A stretch of 64,000 bases of DNA from a virus. The notes under the pieces were generated by a model. That model was not told the DNA's origin. It made no database searches and was given only the letters and a program-made list of their open reading frames with translations. The stretch covers positions 42,837 through 106,836 of the IMG/VR virus record IMGVR_UViG_3300012943_000031. The stretch is one strand, 5' to 3'. Made by a program: the position numbers and the translations under genes. Below, piece by piece: positions 48,745 to 57,944 of the stretch; the stretch's first letter is position 1; the number at the start of each line of letters is the position of its first letter.

Positions 48745-48983
48745 TGCCTAACATTCAATTACGTACCGGAAACACTATCTATATCTCCGTCTACGAGTAT
48801 TATTTTAAACTCAGTGACGAAGATATGGACTTATTTTACCAGATGTGTGAAGCTGACAATCTAGGTATCCAGATAGATGATCCCTTCTCCAACAGGAGAT
48901 TTTCAGGGAATGTACAAGAAGAAGATCAGCCAGACAAGATTTCTGATGACAATCTGGTTGAAGACCCTAACTGGGATATTTAG
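48744..48983 (+). CDS. Small acidic hypothetical protein
   Basis: TAATG-coupled; ends in TAG. Confidence 0.6.
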   Translation: MPNIQLRTGNTIYISVYEYYFKLSDEDMDLFYQMCEADNLGIQIDDPFSNRRFSGNVQEEDQPDKISDDNLVEDPNWDI

Positions 48984-49056
48984 GATATATTCTATTTTTT
49001 AGATATATCTACTTTGTAGTTTCATTATTTTTAGTTAAATTATATTGAGAAATACC

Positions 49057-49278
49057 ATGCACAAAAAAGATTATATAATAGTAAAAGATAGACACCCCGG
49101 CTTTTCAGAAGTTTTAAATGACTGCTGTACAAGCCTATGTGTCCCTGTTGGAAAGAATGAACCTTTGTCGTCTGTATTACAGAAACTGTGTGCAAAGATC
49201 ACAAATCTTGCCACAAGGGTAAAACAACTGGAAGATACTGTAGAGGCACTCCAGACACAGATAGACGAATTATCATAA
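49057..49278 (+). CDS. Small coiled-coil protein with CC motif
   Basis: DCCTSLCVP..LSSVLQKL resembles N-termini of 1874/3733. Confidence 0.5.
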   Translation: MHKKDYIIVKDRHPGFSEVLNDCCTSLCVPVGKNEPLSSVLQKLCAKITNLATRVKQLEDTVEALQTQIDELS

Positions 49279-49294
49279 CTAAACAAAAACCAAC

Positions 49295-50383
49295 ATGAAA
49301 AAGATTTTACTGATACTAGCTTTGATAGTAACATCATTTGCTTACTCTCAGAGAGCCGGAATAATATTCCAGTCCCTGTCTGAGACATCCAATCCAACAA
49401 CAGATTGGGATGCATTCAAAAGATGTAATACTAACAGGCTGATTGTATCTAACTTTGTAAAGAGGTCAGGAACACAATCTACTCGTTTTCAATCCCGTGT
49501 AGAGGACACAGCCACCTGTTCACAGGTGTTATCTCAGTTAATACTGAATGATACCAATTTGGTAAATTATGAGAGATGGTATGGATTTTCCGTATTTTTT
49601 TCCTCAGGATTTACAGACACATATCAGGGGTATGATAACTTCTTGGAGTTCAGTAGGGCTTCCACAGATGAAAACCCACCACTTGTTTTATCCTATTATG
49701 GAGCAGCAAATGGTACAGGTTATTATCCTACCGGCACATATTTGACTGCCATTAGGTATGTGGAGACACCACAAACAGAGGGTTCTCCTTATACCATATT
49801 CATAGACCCTCTCTGGACTATCCAGAGAAATGCATGGAATGATTTTGTCATACGTGTGAAATGGGCTAATGATACCACCGGAAGAATCAGAATTTGGTTA
49901 AATGGTAGGTACGTTTATGGGTATAATGGTGTGACAAATTATAGTCCCAATCTGATGAAGATTGGTCATAATTTCTGGAACTGGAGTAAGAAGTGGAAAA
50001 TGCCTAATGTACAGGGAACTAGGGAATTGTTTATGGATGAGGTTAGAATAGGTAATAACCTATCTTCCTATCTGGATGTACTCCCTGACAGCAACGATCC
50101 TATTCCAAATCCAACATCAGCCAACCAGTTTTATCAGGTGGTTGATAACAAAATAAATATACAGAAAATATCCTTTAAAGTCCAGATGGATAAAGATTAC
50201 AAATCTAACTGGGAGTTAAGGGACGCAATAACAGGTAAGAGAATGATGTCAGGTTCATTCCTGCTCTTCTCAGGTTACAGAACATATAACCTTAACTTAC
50301 CATTCACTATCCCAAAAGGGACATATCAATTCCTAGTCGGAACTGATAGATTTATGCATGTTCGTAGACTAATAAAAAACTAA
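49295..50383 (+). CDS. Secreted polysaccharide lyase-like protein with putative T9SS C-terminal domain
   Basis: Sec signal MKKILLILALIVTSFAYSQ; ERWYGFS, WNDFVIRVKW..TGRIRIWLNG, KIG, DEVRIG jelly-roll lyase motifs; PNP...D..GK...PKGTY...RLIKN tail. Confidence 0.7.
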   Translation: MKKILLILALIVTSFAYSQRAGIIFQSLSETSNPTTDWDAFKRCNTNRLIVSNFVKRSGTQSTRFQSRVEDTATCSQVLSQLILNDTNLVNYERWYGFSVFFSSGFTDTYQGYDNFLEFSRASTDENPPLVLSYYGAANGTGYYPTGTYLTAIRYVETPQTEGSPYTIFIDPLWTIQRNAWNDFVIRVKWANDTTGRIRIWLNGRYVYGYNGVTNYSPNLMKIGHNFWNWSKKWKMPNVQGTRELFMDEVRIGNNLSSYLDVLPDSNDPIPNPTSANQFYQVVDNKINIQKISFKVQMDKDYKSNWELRDAITGKRMMSGSFLLFSGYRTYNLNLPFTIPKGTYQFLVGTDRFMHVRRLIKN

Positions 50384-50385
50384 AT

Positions 50386-50586
50386 ATGAAAAAATTATCA
50401 ACAAAAGTATGGTTTTGGATAACTGTTGCTCTGGCTTTTGCCTCAGCAATATCTTTCATGCAAATTGACTCTGCATGGTCAGATGCACACAATTTTAATG
50501 GATTCTTCGGCTGGATAGGAATAGGTGTAGCAACAGGTCTTGCTGCAATCTATTCACTTTATAATGTGACTAAGAATTCTGAATAA
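50386..50586 (+). CDS. Small two-TM membrane protein
   Basis: Two hydrophobic helices. Confidence 0.6.
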   Translation: MKKLSTKVWFWITVALAFASAISFMQIDSAWSDAHNFNGFFGWIGIGVATGLAAIYSLYNVTKNSE

Positions 50587-50987
50587 TGGAATTCCTACAA
50601 ATCCTATTTGGAATATTATCATTTGTTGCTGTATTATGGTGAGATGTAACAACAGATGTCCATAAATGGAGAAAGGATATACCAATCCAGCATACAAAGG
50701 AAGCAATTGTCAGATGTATACTACTGATCCCATCACTAATGTTATTACTTAATAATGATCCTCTCTACAAAATCCCAGTAATTCTGGGTATGCAGGGAGC
50801 TTGGTGGTGGGAGTTCTTTGATGGCTTCTACAATAAACTAAGAGGTTTCTCTTGGAGATTTAATGGAAGCCATGATCCTGATGATAGTAAATTGGATAAA
50901 TTCCTCTATCACTTAACAAGAAGAAAACAGACATACCTTAAATGGGGTCTAATTATCTTATTTACAACACTTTATATAATACTATGA
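50586..50987 (+). pseudogene. Membrane protein gene interrupted by in-frame TGA at 50640 (MEFLQ...LW*DV...)
   Basis: TAATG-coupled start in frame with the 50739 ORF; single TGA after TGG. Confidence 0.55.
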
Positions 50988-51541
50988 CACCTGAGATATT
51001 TGAGAAAAGATTACGTCAACTGGAAAAAAGATTGTGCTGTCTACAGCAAGGGGGAGATTGTGAACCACCTACTCTTTTAGATAGAACATCTCTTGGGCTA
51101 GATGATGAACTAATAAACACCATTCAGTTTGATAATGAATCATGTTCAGCATGGTATGTTACATCTGAGGGTGTAGCAACAATTATAGAATGTGAAAGTG
51201 AACCCTGTACTTTTGTAATACAATATAGTATTTCAAATACTGGATTTACTACATATGTAGAAATAAGCTCACTTTCTCGTCAGATATATGTTGCTTCTCC
51301 AGCTTCTGGTTCTACAGGAAATGGAAGTGTACAGTTTGTAGCAGGTGAAGATGTGAATATACGTATAGGAGCAGGAAACAGTATATGGAGTTATAGTCTT
51401 TTAGTGGAAGATGATGGTAATGAACTTATAAATGAATCAGAAAGTAATGTATCATCTGGCCCATATGATAGAGATTTTCCACTTACTCCAGAGTGCGGTC
51501 ATACCTATACAATTACAATAAATAATAATGTATCTGCATAA
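50984..51541 (+). CDS. Putative virion accessory protein
   Basis: ATGA-coupled start; coiled coil + CC, then beta-sandwich-like domain. Confidence 0.55.
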   Translation: MTPEIFEKRLRQLEKRLCCLQQGGDCEPPTLLDRTSLGLDDELINTIQFDNESCSAWYVTSEGVATIIECESEPCTFVIQYSISNTGFTTYVEISSLSRQIYVASPASGSTGNGSVQFVAGEDVNIRIGAGNSIWSYSLLVEDDGNELINESESNVSSGPYDRDFPLTPECGHTYTITINNNVSA

Positions 51542-51621
51542 TGACTAACGTACAAATACAAGCTAAACTTGATAAGCTTGAGAAAATAATTAAAAAACTT
51601 GAAGCACTTAGATGCTGCTAA
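51541..51621 (+). CDS. 26-aa coiled-coil peptide MTNVQIQAKLDKLEKIIKKLEALRCC
   Basis: TAATG-coupled; mirrors the N-terminus of 50984. Confidence 0.5.
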   Translation: MTNVQIQAKLDKLEKIIKKLEALRCC

Positions 51622-51631
51622 AAATATAAAG

Positions 51632-51997
51632 ATGACATTCCAAGAACAAATAGAATCATATCTATCAGCACTACCATCTGAGTGGAAAGATCAGGTAGTT
51701 CAGGTTCTCATGCTAATAAAGAATGAGAAAGAAAAGCCTGACTGTGATACAGTAAAACAATGTGAAACAGTGACCTCACTATCACCATTTACTGTAGAAG
51801 GTACAGTAGTATCCATAACTTATACAGATGAAGAAGGTGTAGAAACTACACGTTCATTTGATACTAAACAGATACTGAACAATGTACTAAATGAATTAAG
51901 TCCAGCATGTTTAACGTCCGAAGAAGAATGGGGAACACTGGAACTGGATGAGAAATTTCAACTACTAATTGACTCACATTGTGAATGCTGTGACTAA
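51632..51997 (+). CDS. Putative virion protein, paralogous to the N-terminus of 51997
   Basis: Shared CETxTSLSxFT..G.xVSI.Y..E.G motif, CxCC end. Confidence 0.6.
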   Translation: MTFQEQIESYLSALPSEWKDQVVQVLMLIKNEKEKPDCDTVKQCETVTSLSPFTVEGTVVSITYTDEEGVETTRSFDTKQILNNVLNELSPACLTSEEEWGTLELDEKFQLLIDSHCECCD

Positions 51998-54258
51998 TGG
52001 ATTTATGTAATTGCCAACAAACAATTGATGCACTTTTATGTGACATTCCCTACCAATGGCGTAAGGGACTGGTAGATGCTTTGTGCTATACAAAACATAA
52101 TACCCAAACAGGAAATGAAAATATTTGTGATTGTGAGACATTAACTTCCCTTTCATCATTTACAGATGATGGGGAAATTGTATCCATTAACTACAAGAAC
52201 GAAAAAGGTACTGTTAAGACATCCAAATTCAATCTGGCTGAGTTAATAGATGCACCTCTAGACATAGACCCTGAATGTGTAATAACATCACCTCCTATTG
52301 TAGGTACACCTTTGGTAAATCAAATTCAGGCTATTTTAACATCTTATTGTAGCTGTTGTGAAACAACTACAACAACCTCCACTACAACTACAACAACAGT
52401 TGATCCTTTTGACTATTACGAGGCTAGACAATATGATTGTTTAGACTGTTCATTAGTTGATCCTGAATTTGTTATAGTTAAATTGATTGGTGGAACAGGT
52501 GTTATTTTGGGTAATTATTATGTTGCTGATGACTATGATGGATATTCATACAGACTTATCCAACCTACTTATCCACAACCAGCTTTGGATTTGACTAACT
52601 CATTACACAACTCAAGTTGTGGAACAGTATGTCCTCCACCACCAACGACAACAACTACAACAACTACTTCTACTACAACAACGTCTACGACTACAACATC
52701 AACGACGACTACATCTACTACCACAACAACAACTGAGGCTCCATCATTCATGTGGATTGCAGGAGATACAGTTTGTGAAACAGAAGGTGCGTTTGGTATG
52801 ATTAGAAGTATTACAGGTATGTCTTCACCAATTAATAACTGGTATGATGATGTAACTGGAAGACTATATTTTGCAGATGCAGACTCTGCTTCAGGTAATG
52901 TTGGATGGTATTCTGACATTGCCTCAGCAACAACAGTTTCTGACGCAACATTTTCAACTGCTGTAACCTTCAACCCTGTATATAACAGCTACATAGATAC
53001 CGTATATAGAAGAATTTATCTAGTAGGTTCTAATACTGGTGGTATGATTGTATATGATATTGACACAGATACAGCATCAACAGTAGCATTTGGTACGAAT
53101 TTAGCCTTTGCACGTACTACATTATTTGTATCGGGAAATCTGATATTGTGTAATGATGGTGTAACTGCTATGGTGACTATTGCCAGAGACACTCTGACTG
53201 TAACTGCCACAATACCAATGGGTTCTATTACAAATCCGGGTAAATTCACTAACCCTCATAACGTAGCTATGGCTGGTGGTAGATTATATGTAGTATCCAA
53301 CAATGGCCCAATAGCAACTGTAGGTGTATATGATACATCACTAAATCACTTTACAGAAATTACCTTGCCTAGTGCATCAACATGGACTGGTGGTACTTAC
53401 TGGCAAAGTATTCTGTATGATCCAACATCTGACAGATTATTTGTAGGTGATTATGGATCAAGTAGATGGCATGTGATCGACCCTAACACAAATACTGTAT
53501 CAACAACTACATTTATAGGTAACAGGGGAAATAAATCTGCTGCTACATCATGGTTTGTAATTGATCCTCAGACAGATAACCTTTACATGTTAATGGAAGG
53601 TAGAAACTCTGCTTCAGATACTGCCTCAGTTAAACGTACTTATGTAATTAACAGAAGTACATTCATATATGAAAATATGTATAATGATGTAGTTTACTAT
53701 AACTTAGCAGCTATTCCATCTCTTGGGTGGTTTACTGGTACAGATAGAGGTGCAGCTTCATGGGAAGGTGGATCATGGTTCAGTGATGGATTAATAAACA
53801 TTGTATCTAACTCAGCAGGTATCACAAATACAGGTAATTTACTTACTCAGACATTAATTGAAGTAACTGATCCGGGTGGTACACCAACAGGTAATGAAAA
53901 AGCTAACTTAGCTTCTGATCCTGATTATATTGCTCCTGTTATGGATGATGATAGCTGTCCTGTAGTTTATAATACAGATTGTCCAGCCGAAGCTTATCTT
54001 ACACAGAGTGGTGACACATTATATTATGAATTTGCTATACCAAACTCAGTACGTTTCAATCCAGTAATTGATTTAATGCAGGTTTACTGGAGAGATGATG
54101 GGGTAAGACAGGTTAGCAATGGATATTCACCAATTAATGGTATTAACTTCTACGGAGCATCATTTGATGTAACTACAGCGGTAGGTGTTATAGATGTAGA
54201 AATTGTTTACCTAGATGCAGGTTCAAATGAACTGGATTCTTGTATAATAACTTTATAA
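51997..54258 (+). CDS. Putative fibre/receptor-binding protein with Thr-rich linkers and YVTN-like beta-propeller
   Basis: Poly-Thr tracts; repeated YD...RLY/VID..TN.V blades. Confidence 0.6.
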   Translation: MDLCNCQQTIDALLCDIPYQWRKGLVDALCYTKHNTQTGNENICDCETLTSLSSFTDDGEIVSINYKNEKGTVKTSKFNLAELIDAPLDIDPECVITSPPIVGTPLVNQIQAILTSYCSCCETTTTTSTTTTTTVDPFDYYEARQYDCLDCSLVDPEFVIVKLIGGTGVILGNYYVADDYDGYSYRLIQPTYPQPALDLTNSLHNSSCGTVCPPPPTTTTTTTTSTTTTSTTTTSTTTTSTTTTTTEAPSFMWIAGDTVCETEGAFGMIRSITGMSSPINNWYDDVTGRLYFADADSASGNVGWYSDIASATTVSDATFSTAVTFNPVYNSYIDTVYRRIYLVGSNTGGMIVYDIDTDTASTVAFGTNLAFARTTLFVSGNLILCNDGVTAMVTIARDTLTVTATIPMGSITNPGKFTNPHNVAMAGGRLYVVSNNGPIATVGVYDTSLNHFTEITLPSASTWTGGTYWQSILYDPTSDRLFVGDYGSSRWHVIDPNTNTVSTTTFIGNRGNKSAATSWFVIDPQTDNLYMLMEGRNSASDTASVKRTYVINRSTFIYENMYNDVVYYNLAAIPSLGWFTGTDRGAASWEGGSWFSDGLINIVSNSAGITNTGNLLTQTLIEVTDPGGTPTGNEKANLASDPDYIAPVMDDDSCPVVYNTDCPAEAYLTQSGDTLYYEFAIPNSVRFNPVIDLMQVYWRDDGVRQVSNGYSPINGINFYGASFDVTTAVGVIDVEIVYLDAGSNELDSCIITL

Positions 54259-54259
54259 T

Positions 54260-54976
54260 ATGAAAGTGTGTTTAATAACAGCAACAAAGAATAGACATAC
54301 ACAGTTAGAGAGAGTAGTCCGTTTCGTATTGGAACAGACCTCCTCTGACTGGGTACATCTAATTTATAATAATGCAATTAGACCTTTGAGATTGAATAAC
54401 AATTTACCAAAGGATAAGTTCATTCTTGTTAATAAACACACCTTCTCAACTACTGGACAACCTTACACTAACCTTGGTGATATTTACACAGATGCAATGG
54501 AATATGTTCCTGAGGATTGTGATGTCATTAATTTTGTGGATGACGATGATATTTATATGCCAACTCATGTAGAGGAGGGATTAAAAGGTCTTGAGTCATC
54601 AGGATTACTTGCATACAAACCTAAGAAAAGTTGGTATAGATACCTGAGAGGAAAACCTCAGTTGGTAGAAAACACGCTTGAACCTTCTATATTTGTGAAG
54701 ACTTCACATATAAAAGAGTATGGATTTACTTCAGAGACTACTGCCCAACACAAGAAATGGGTAGATGCTCTGGTAACAAATAAACAAATTAAAGTTGATC
54801 CTGATGGAAAACCTACTTATCTATGTGACTGGTCACAGGAGATAGGTACATTTAAAACATCAGGTGATCCTAATAACCCGAATAATTTTCAAAATTATTC
54901 AAACTGGTCTCAGGATATTGGAGATGGAATTATTACTCCTGTAGCTGCTGCCAATGTTAAAAAATACTACGTATGA
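54260..54976 (+). CDS. GT2-family glycosyltransferase
   Basis: LITATKNR N-terminus, FVDDDDIY DxD motif. Confidence 0.75.
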   Translation: MKVCLITATKNRHTQLERVVRFVLEQTSSDWVHLIYNNAIRPLRLNNNLPKDKFILVNKHTFSTTGQPYTNLGDIYTDAMEYVPEDCDVINFVDDDDIYMPTHVEEGLKGLESSGLLAYKPKKSWYRYLRGKPQLVENTLEPSIFVKTSHIKEYGFTSETTAQHKKWVDALVTNKQIKVDPDGKPTYLCDWSQEIGTFKTSGDPNNPNNFQNYSNWSQDIGDGIITPVAAANVKKYYV

Positions 54977-55734
54977 TAATCAAAAAGAAGTTTATAACAA
55001 CTCAGTGGGGACACTTTTATTGGGGAATCCTTTATGTCCCAGACAATATTACAGGTAAAGTACCTATGGTAATATTCAATCATGGTAAAGGTGAGGCAGG
55101 AACAACAGAAGCCGATACATCCAAACTATATATAAATGGCCCACTTGCTTTTGTTAAAAACAATAACTGGAAGCCTGATTTCATGATTTTGGCTATGCAG
55201 GAACCTTATTGGTCTCCTTCTTATACTGCCACAAAGTATGTACTGGATAATGATGAAGACATAAAAAGTAGATGGGATAATACAGGTATCGTAACTGGAC
55301 TGAGTGCTGGTGGTGAAACTGTAACTTCATTCCTAAACAACTATAGTAAGACATATCCCGGAATTGCTTATGTACCAATGTCTCCAGCAGGTGATAAGGT
55401 AATAAAAGACCCTAATGTAAAACTTTGGGCATTCTCAGGAGATTCTGATGGCTTCTTTACTGACAATGCCAAAGAACTTGTGAGACAGACAAATGGTAGA
55501 TTAACTATATATAAGGGTGGTCACTGTTGTTGGAACACGTACTATAATCCTGCATATAAGGAAACTATAGACGGAAAATCTATGAGTATATATGACTGGG
55601 GTATAGGTAAAATAGATACTATTCCCACTACAACTACCTCATCCTCAACTACTTCTTCAACAACTATAGCACCTAAAGTGATTAAGAGTGTGACAGTTGA
55701 GTATACAGATGGAACTAAACAGGTAATATTCTAA
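54973..55734 (+). CDS. Alpha/beta hydrolase (esterase/peptidase-like) with Thr/Ser linker
   Basis: HGKGE, GLSAGG nucleophile, GDSD, GGH. Confidence 0.75.
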   Translation: MIIKKKFITTQWGHFYWGILYVPDNITGKVPMVIFNHGKGEAGTTEADTSKLYINGPLAFVKNNNWKPDFMILAMQEPYWSPSYTATKYVLDNDEDIKSRWDNTGIVTGLSAGGETVTSFLNNYSKTYPGIAYVPMSPAGDKVIKDPNVKLWAFSGDSDGFFTDNAKELVRQTNGRLTIYKGGHCCWNTYYNPAYKETIDGKSMSIYDWGIGKIDTIPTTTTSSSTTSSTTIAPKVIKSVTVEYTDGTKQVIF

Positions 55735-55737
55735 TTA

Positions 55738-56702
55738 TGATATTTATTTCAGCCCAACCTTGGGACTTTTACTTTACATGGCAGATAGAGGTTCAGATTG
55801 TGAACTTCAGAAAGTTTGGGATAAGTGATAAAATGCACGTACTAGTGTGGTATCCTAATCCTGATACTATCAATGACAAGGTAGATTTACAGTACTGGGA
55901 TAAGCTGGTAGATAAATATCCTGAGGTAAAGTTCTTTTTCTATAAGGATAAAGGACTTACTTTAGAAGAATTTCACCTATATATACCTCAACTAAGACCA
56001 CAAATCTTAGCTAAACATTTTGACGAACATCCTGAATTATCTAACGAAGTAATTTTCTACCATGATAGTGATATTATTTTTAATTACCTTCCTGATTTTA
56101 GCTATCTTGGACAGGGAGAAATAAACTGGCAATCTGACACATCTTCCTATCTGGATTATAATTACCTACGTGCAAAAGAGAGACAGGGTGGTATCCCAGA
56201 ACATGAAGCCATAGGTAAACTAGCCTCCATAGGAAATGTGACTGTAGATATTATCAAATCCTACACAGGTAAAACAGGTGGTGCACAGTATATCCTAAAA
56301 GGTGTAGATGGAGATTTCTGGAGAGATGTTGAGAGACAGGTAATTGAGATACGTAAAGCATTCTCATTTGGTTGTTCAGATTCTTTTAACAAGAAATACT
56401 TTGTATCTGAGTCAGCAGGATTCCAGTCATGGTGTGCTGATATGTGGGCAGTTAATATGGCACTATGGTCACGTGGTAAGATAACTGATGTTATACCCGA
56501 ATTAGATTTCAGTTGGGCTACAGATAGTGCTGACACATATAAAAGAAAACCAATTTATCATAACGCAGGAGCAACAGGAAAACAGTCTAATATATTCTAC
56601 AAGGGTAATTGGATACATAAGTCCCCTCTAGGAAAGGTGCATAAGGTAATACCTACAAATGCATCCTACTACTATGTTCAAGCTATTTTAGAAGTAAAAT
56701 AA
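55738..56702 (+). CDS. GT-A glycosyltransferase resembling protein O-glycosyltransferases (HPAT/SRGT1-like)
   Basis: YFTWQIEV, YHDSDIIF, GGAQYIL, WCADMWA motifs. Confidence 0.55.
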
Positions 56703-56778
56703 CTTGACAGGTTATTTTTGCTCTCAGGTTATTTTTGCTTATATTATAATATATCATAACCAAAAGAGTTAATGTAAC

Positions 56779-57012
56779 ATGGACAACCCTTCAAGCAGTG
56801 GGAATAATTCCCTTCTTATTTCAATATTACTGGGAATGTTTAGCTGGATGACACCTGAAAGGGTGGATATAGGACTGAAAATAATGACAGGTCTTGGTGC
56901 ACTTGTGGCTGCTATTTTTGCAGCACGTTACCATTATTATGCAGCTAAAGAAAAGAAAGAAAGAATTAAGAAATTACAACAGAAAGACAGAGATGAAGAA
57001 ATTTTTGAATAA
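56779..57012 (+). CDS. Holin-like membrane protein
   Basis: Hydrophobic helices, basic C-terminus, upstream of endolysin. Confidence 0.55.
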   Translation: MDNPSSSGNNSLLISILLGMFSWMTPERVDIGLKIMTGLGALVAAIFAARYHYYAAKEKKERIKKLQQKDRDEEIFE

Positions 57013-57412
57013 GATATTATCATCAGAAGACCCAACTTCATCCAAGAGGTTGGTTACCCTTATTATGGCATTACATCTTATCATAGCTTCATTTATGATC
57101 TTATTTATTGCGTTTTACGTAATATTTTATACAACAAAAGGTAAGGTTGATACAGAATTACTAGGGATGCTAAAGGATGTATTGGAATATGACTTCTATA
57201 TCGTCCTATCAGGTCTAGGTTTTATTACTGCTGATAATACTGTTAAGTTATTAACAGAGAGATCACAGGCTAAAGCATCATTAATATCAGCTTTAGCACA
57301 GGGTAAAACCCAAATACCTAATCCTCCAGTTCCTCCTGTAGACCCACCTATAGAAATTCCTCCTCCAGAAGATGCTCCTATAGAGATCAATCCTGAAGAG
57401 GAACAGAAATAA
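56993..57412 (+). CDS. Two-TM membrane protein (holin/lysis accessory)
   Basis: SSKRLV motif then two TM helices, Pro-rich tail. Confidence 0.55.
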   Translation: MKKFLNKILSSEDPTSSKRLVTLIMALHLIIASFMILFIAFYVIFYTTKGKVDTELLGMLKDVLEYDFYIVLSGLGFITADNTVKLLTERSQAKASLISALAQGKTQIPNPPVPPVDPPIEIPPPEDAPIEINPEEEQK

Positions 57413-57414
57413 TT

Positions 57415-57909
57415 ATGGCTGACAAAGTATCATATGACAGAATTGCACAGCTTCATCCTAAACTAAGGGGTGAAGCTGAAGTCATTTTAAAAGAAGTAGA
57501 AGAAAGACTAACTGGTAAAGCTACAATACGTATTTCCCAAGGTCTTCGTACTATTGAAGAACAGAATGCACTATATGCACAAGGTAGAACAAAACCCGGT
57601 AAAGTAGTTACTAATGCTAAGGGTGGATCATCATACCACAACTATGGATTAGCTGTAGACTTCGTACTTATCATAGATGGTAAAGCATCATGGGGTATGA
57701 AAGAAGACTGGGATGGTGATAAAGTTGCTGACTGGATGGAAGTAGTTGAAGTATTCCACAAATATGGTTGGGAATGGGGTGGCAATTGGAAGTCTCTAAA
57801 AGACTATCCTCATTTTCAGAAAACATTTGGCTATTCTATCGGTGATTTAAAAATCAAATATAATAAAAAAGACTTCATTAAGGGGTCTAATGTTTATTTA
57901 AATATATAA
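57415..57909 (+). CDS. Endolysin, M15 L-Ala-D-Glu peptidase (CwlK-like)
   Basis: GLRTIEEQNALYAQGRT, SYHNYGLAVD, WGGNW..KDYPHFQ. Confidence 0.92.
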   Translation: MADKVSYDRIAQLHPKLRGEAEVILKEVEERLTGKATIRISQGLRTIEEQNALYAQGRTKPGKVVTNAKGGSSYHNYGLAVDFVLIIDGKASWGMKEDWDGDKVADWMEVVEVFHKYGWEWGGNWKSLKDYPHFQKTFGYSIGDLKIKYNKKDFIKGSNVYLNI

Positions 57910-57944
57910 AGCTTCTCTGGTTGGCTCACAAACCAGTGTTGAAC

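Noticed and set aside
52640-52735. ACN-rich tract as microsatellite or CRISPR-like repeat
   Set aside because: Mixed synonymous codons encoding poly-Thr; no repeat-spacer structure seen in the window
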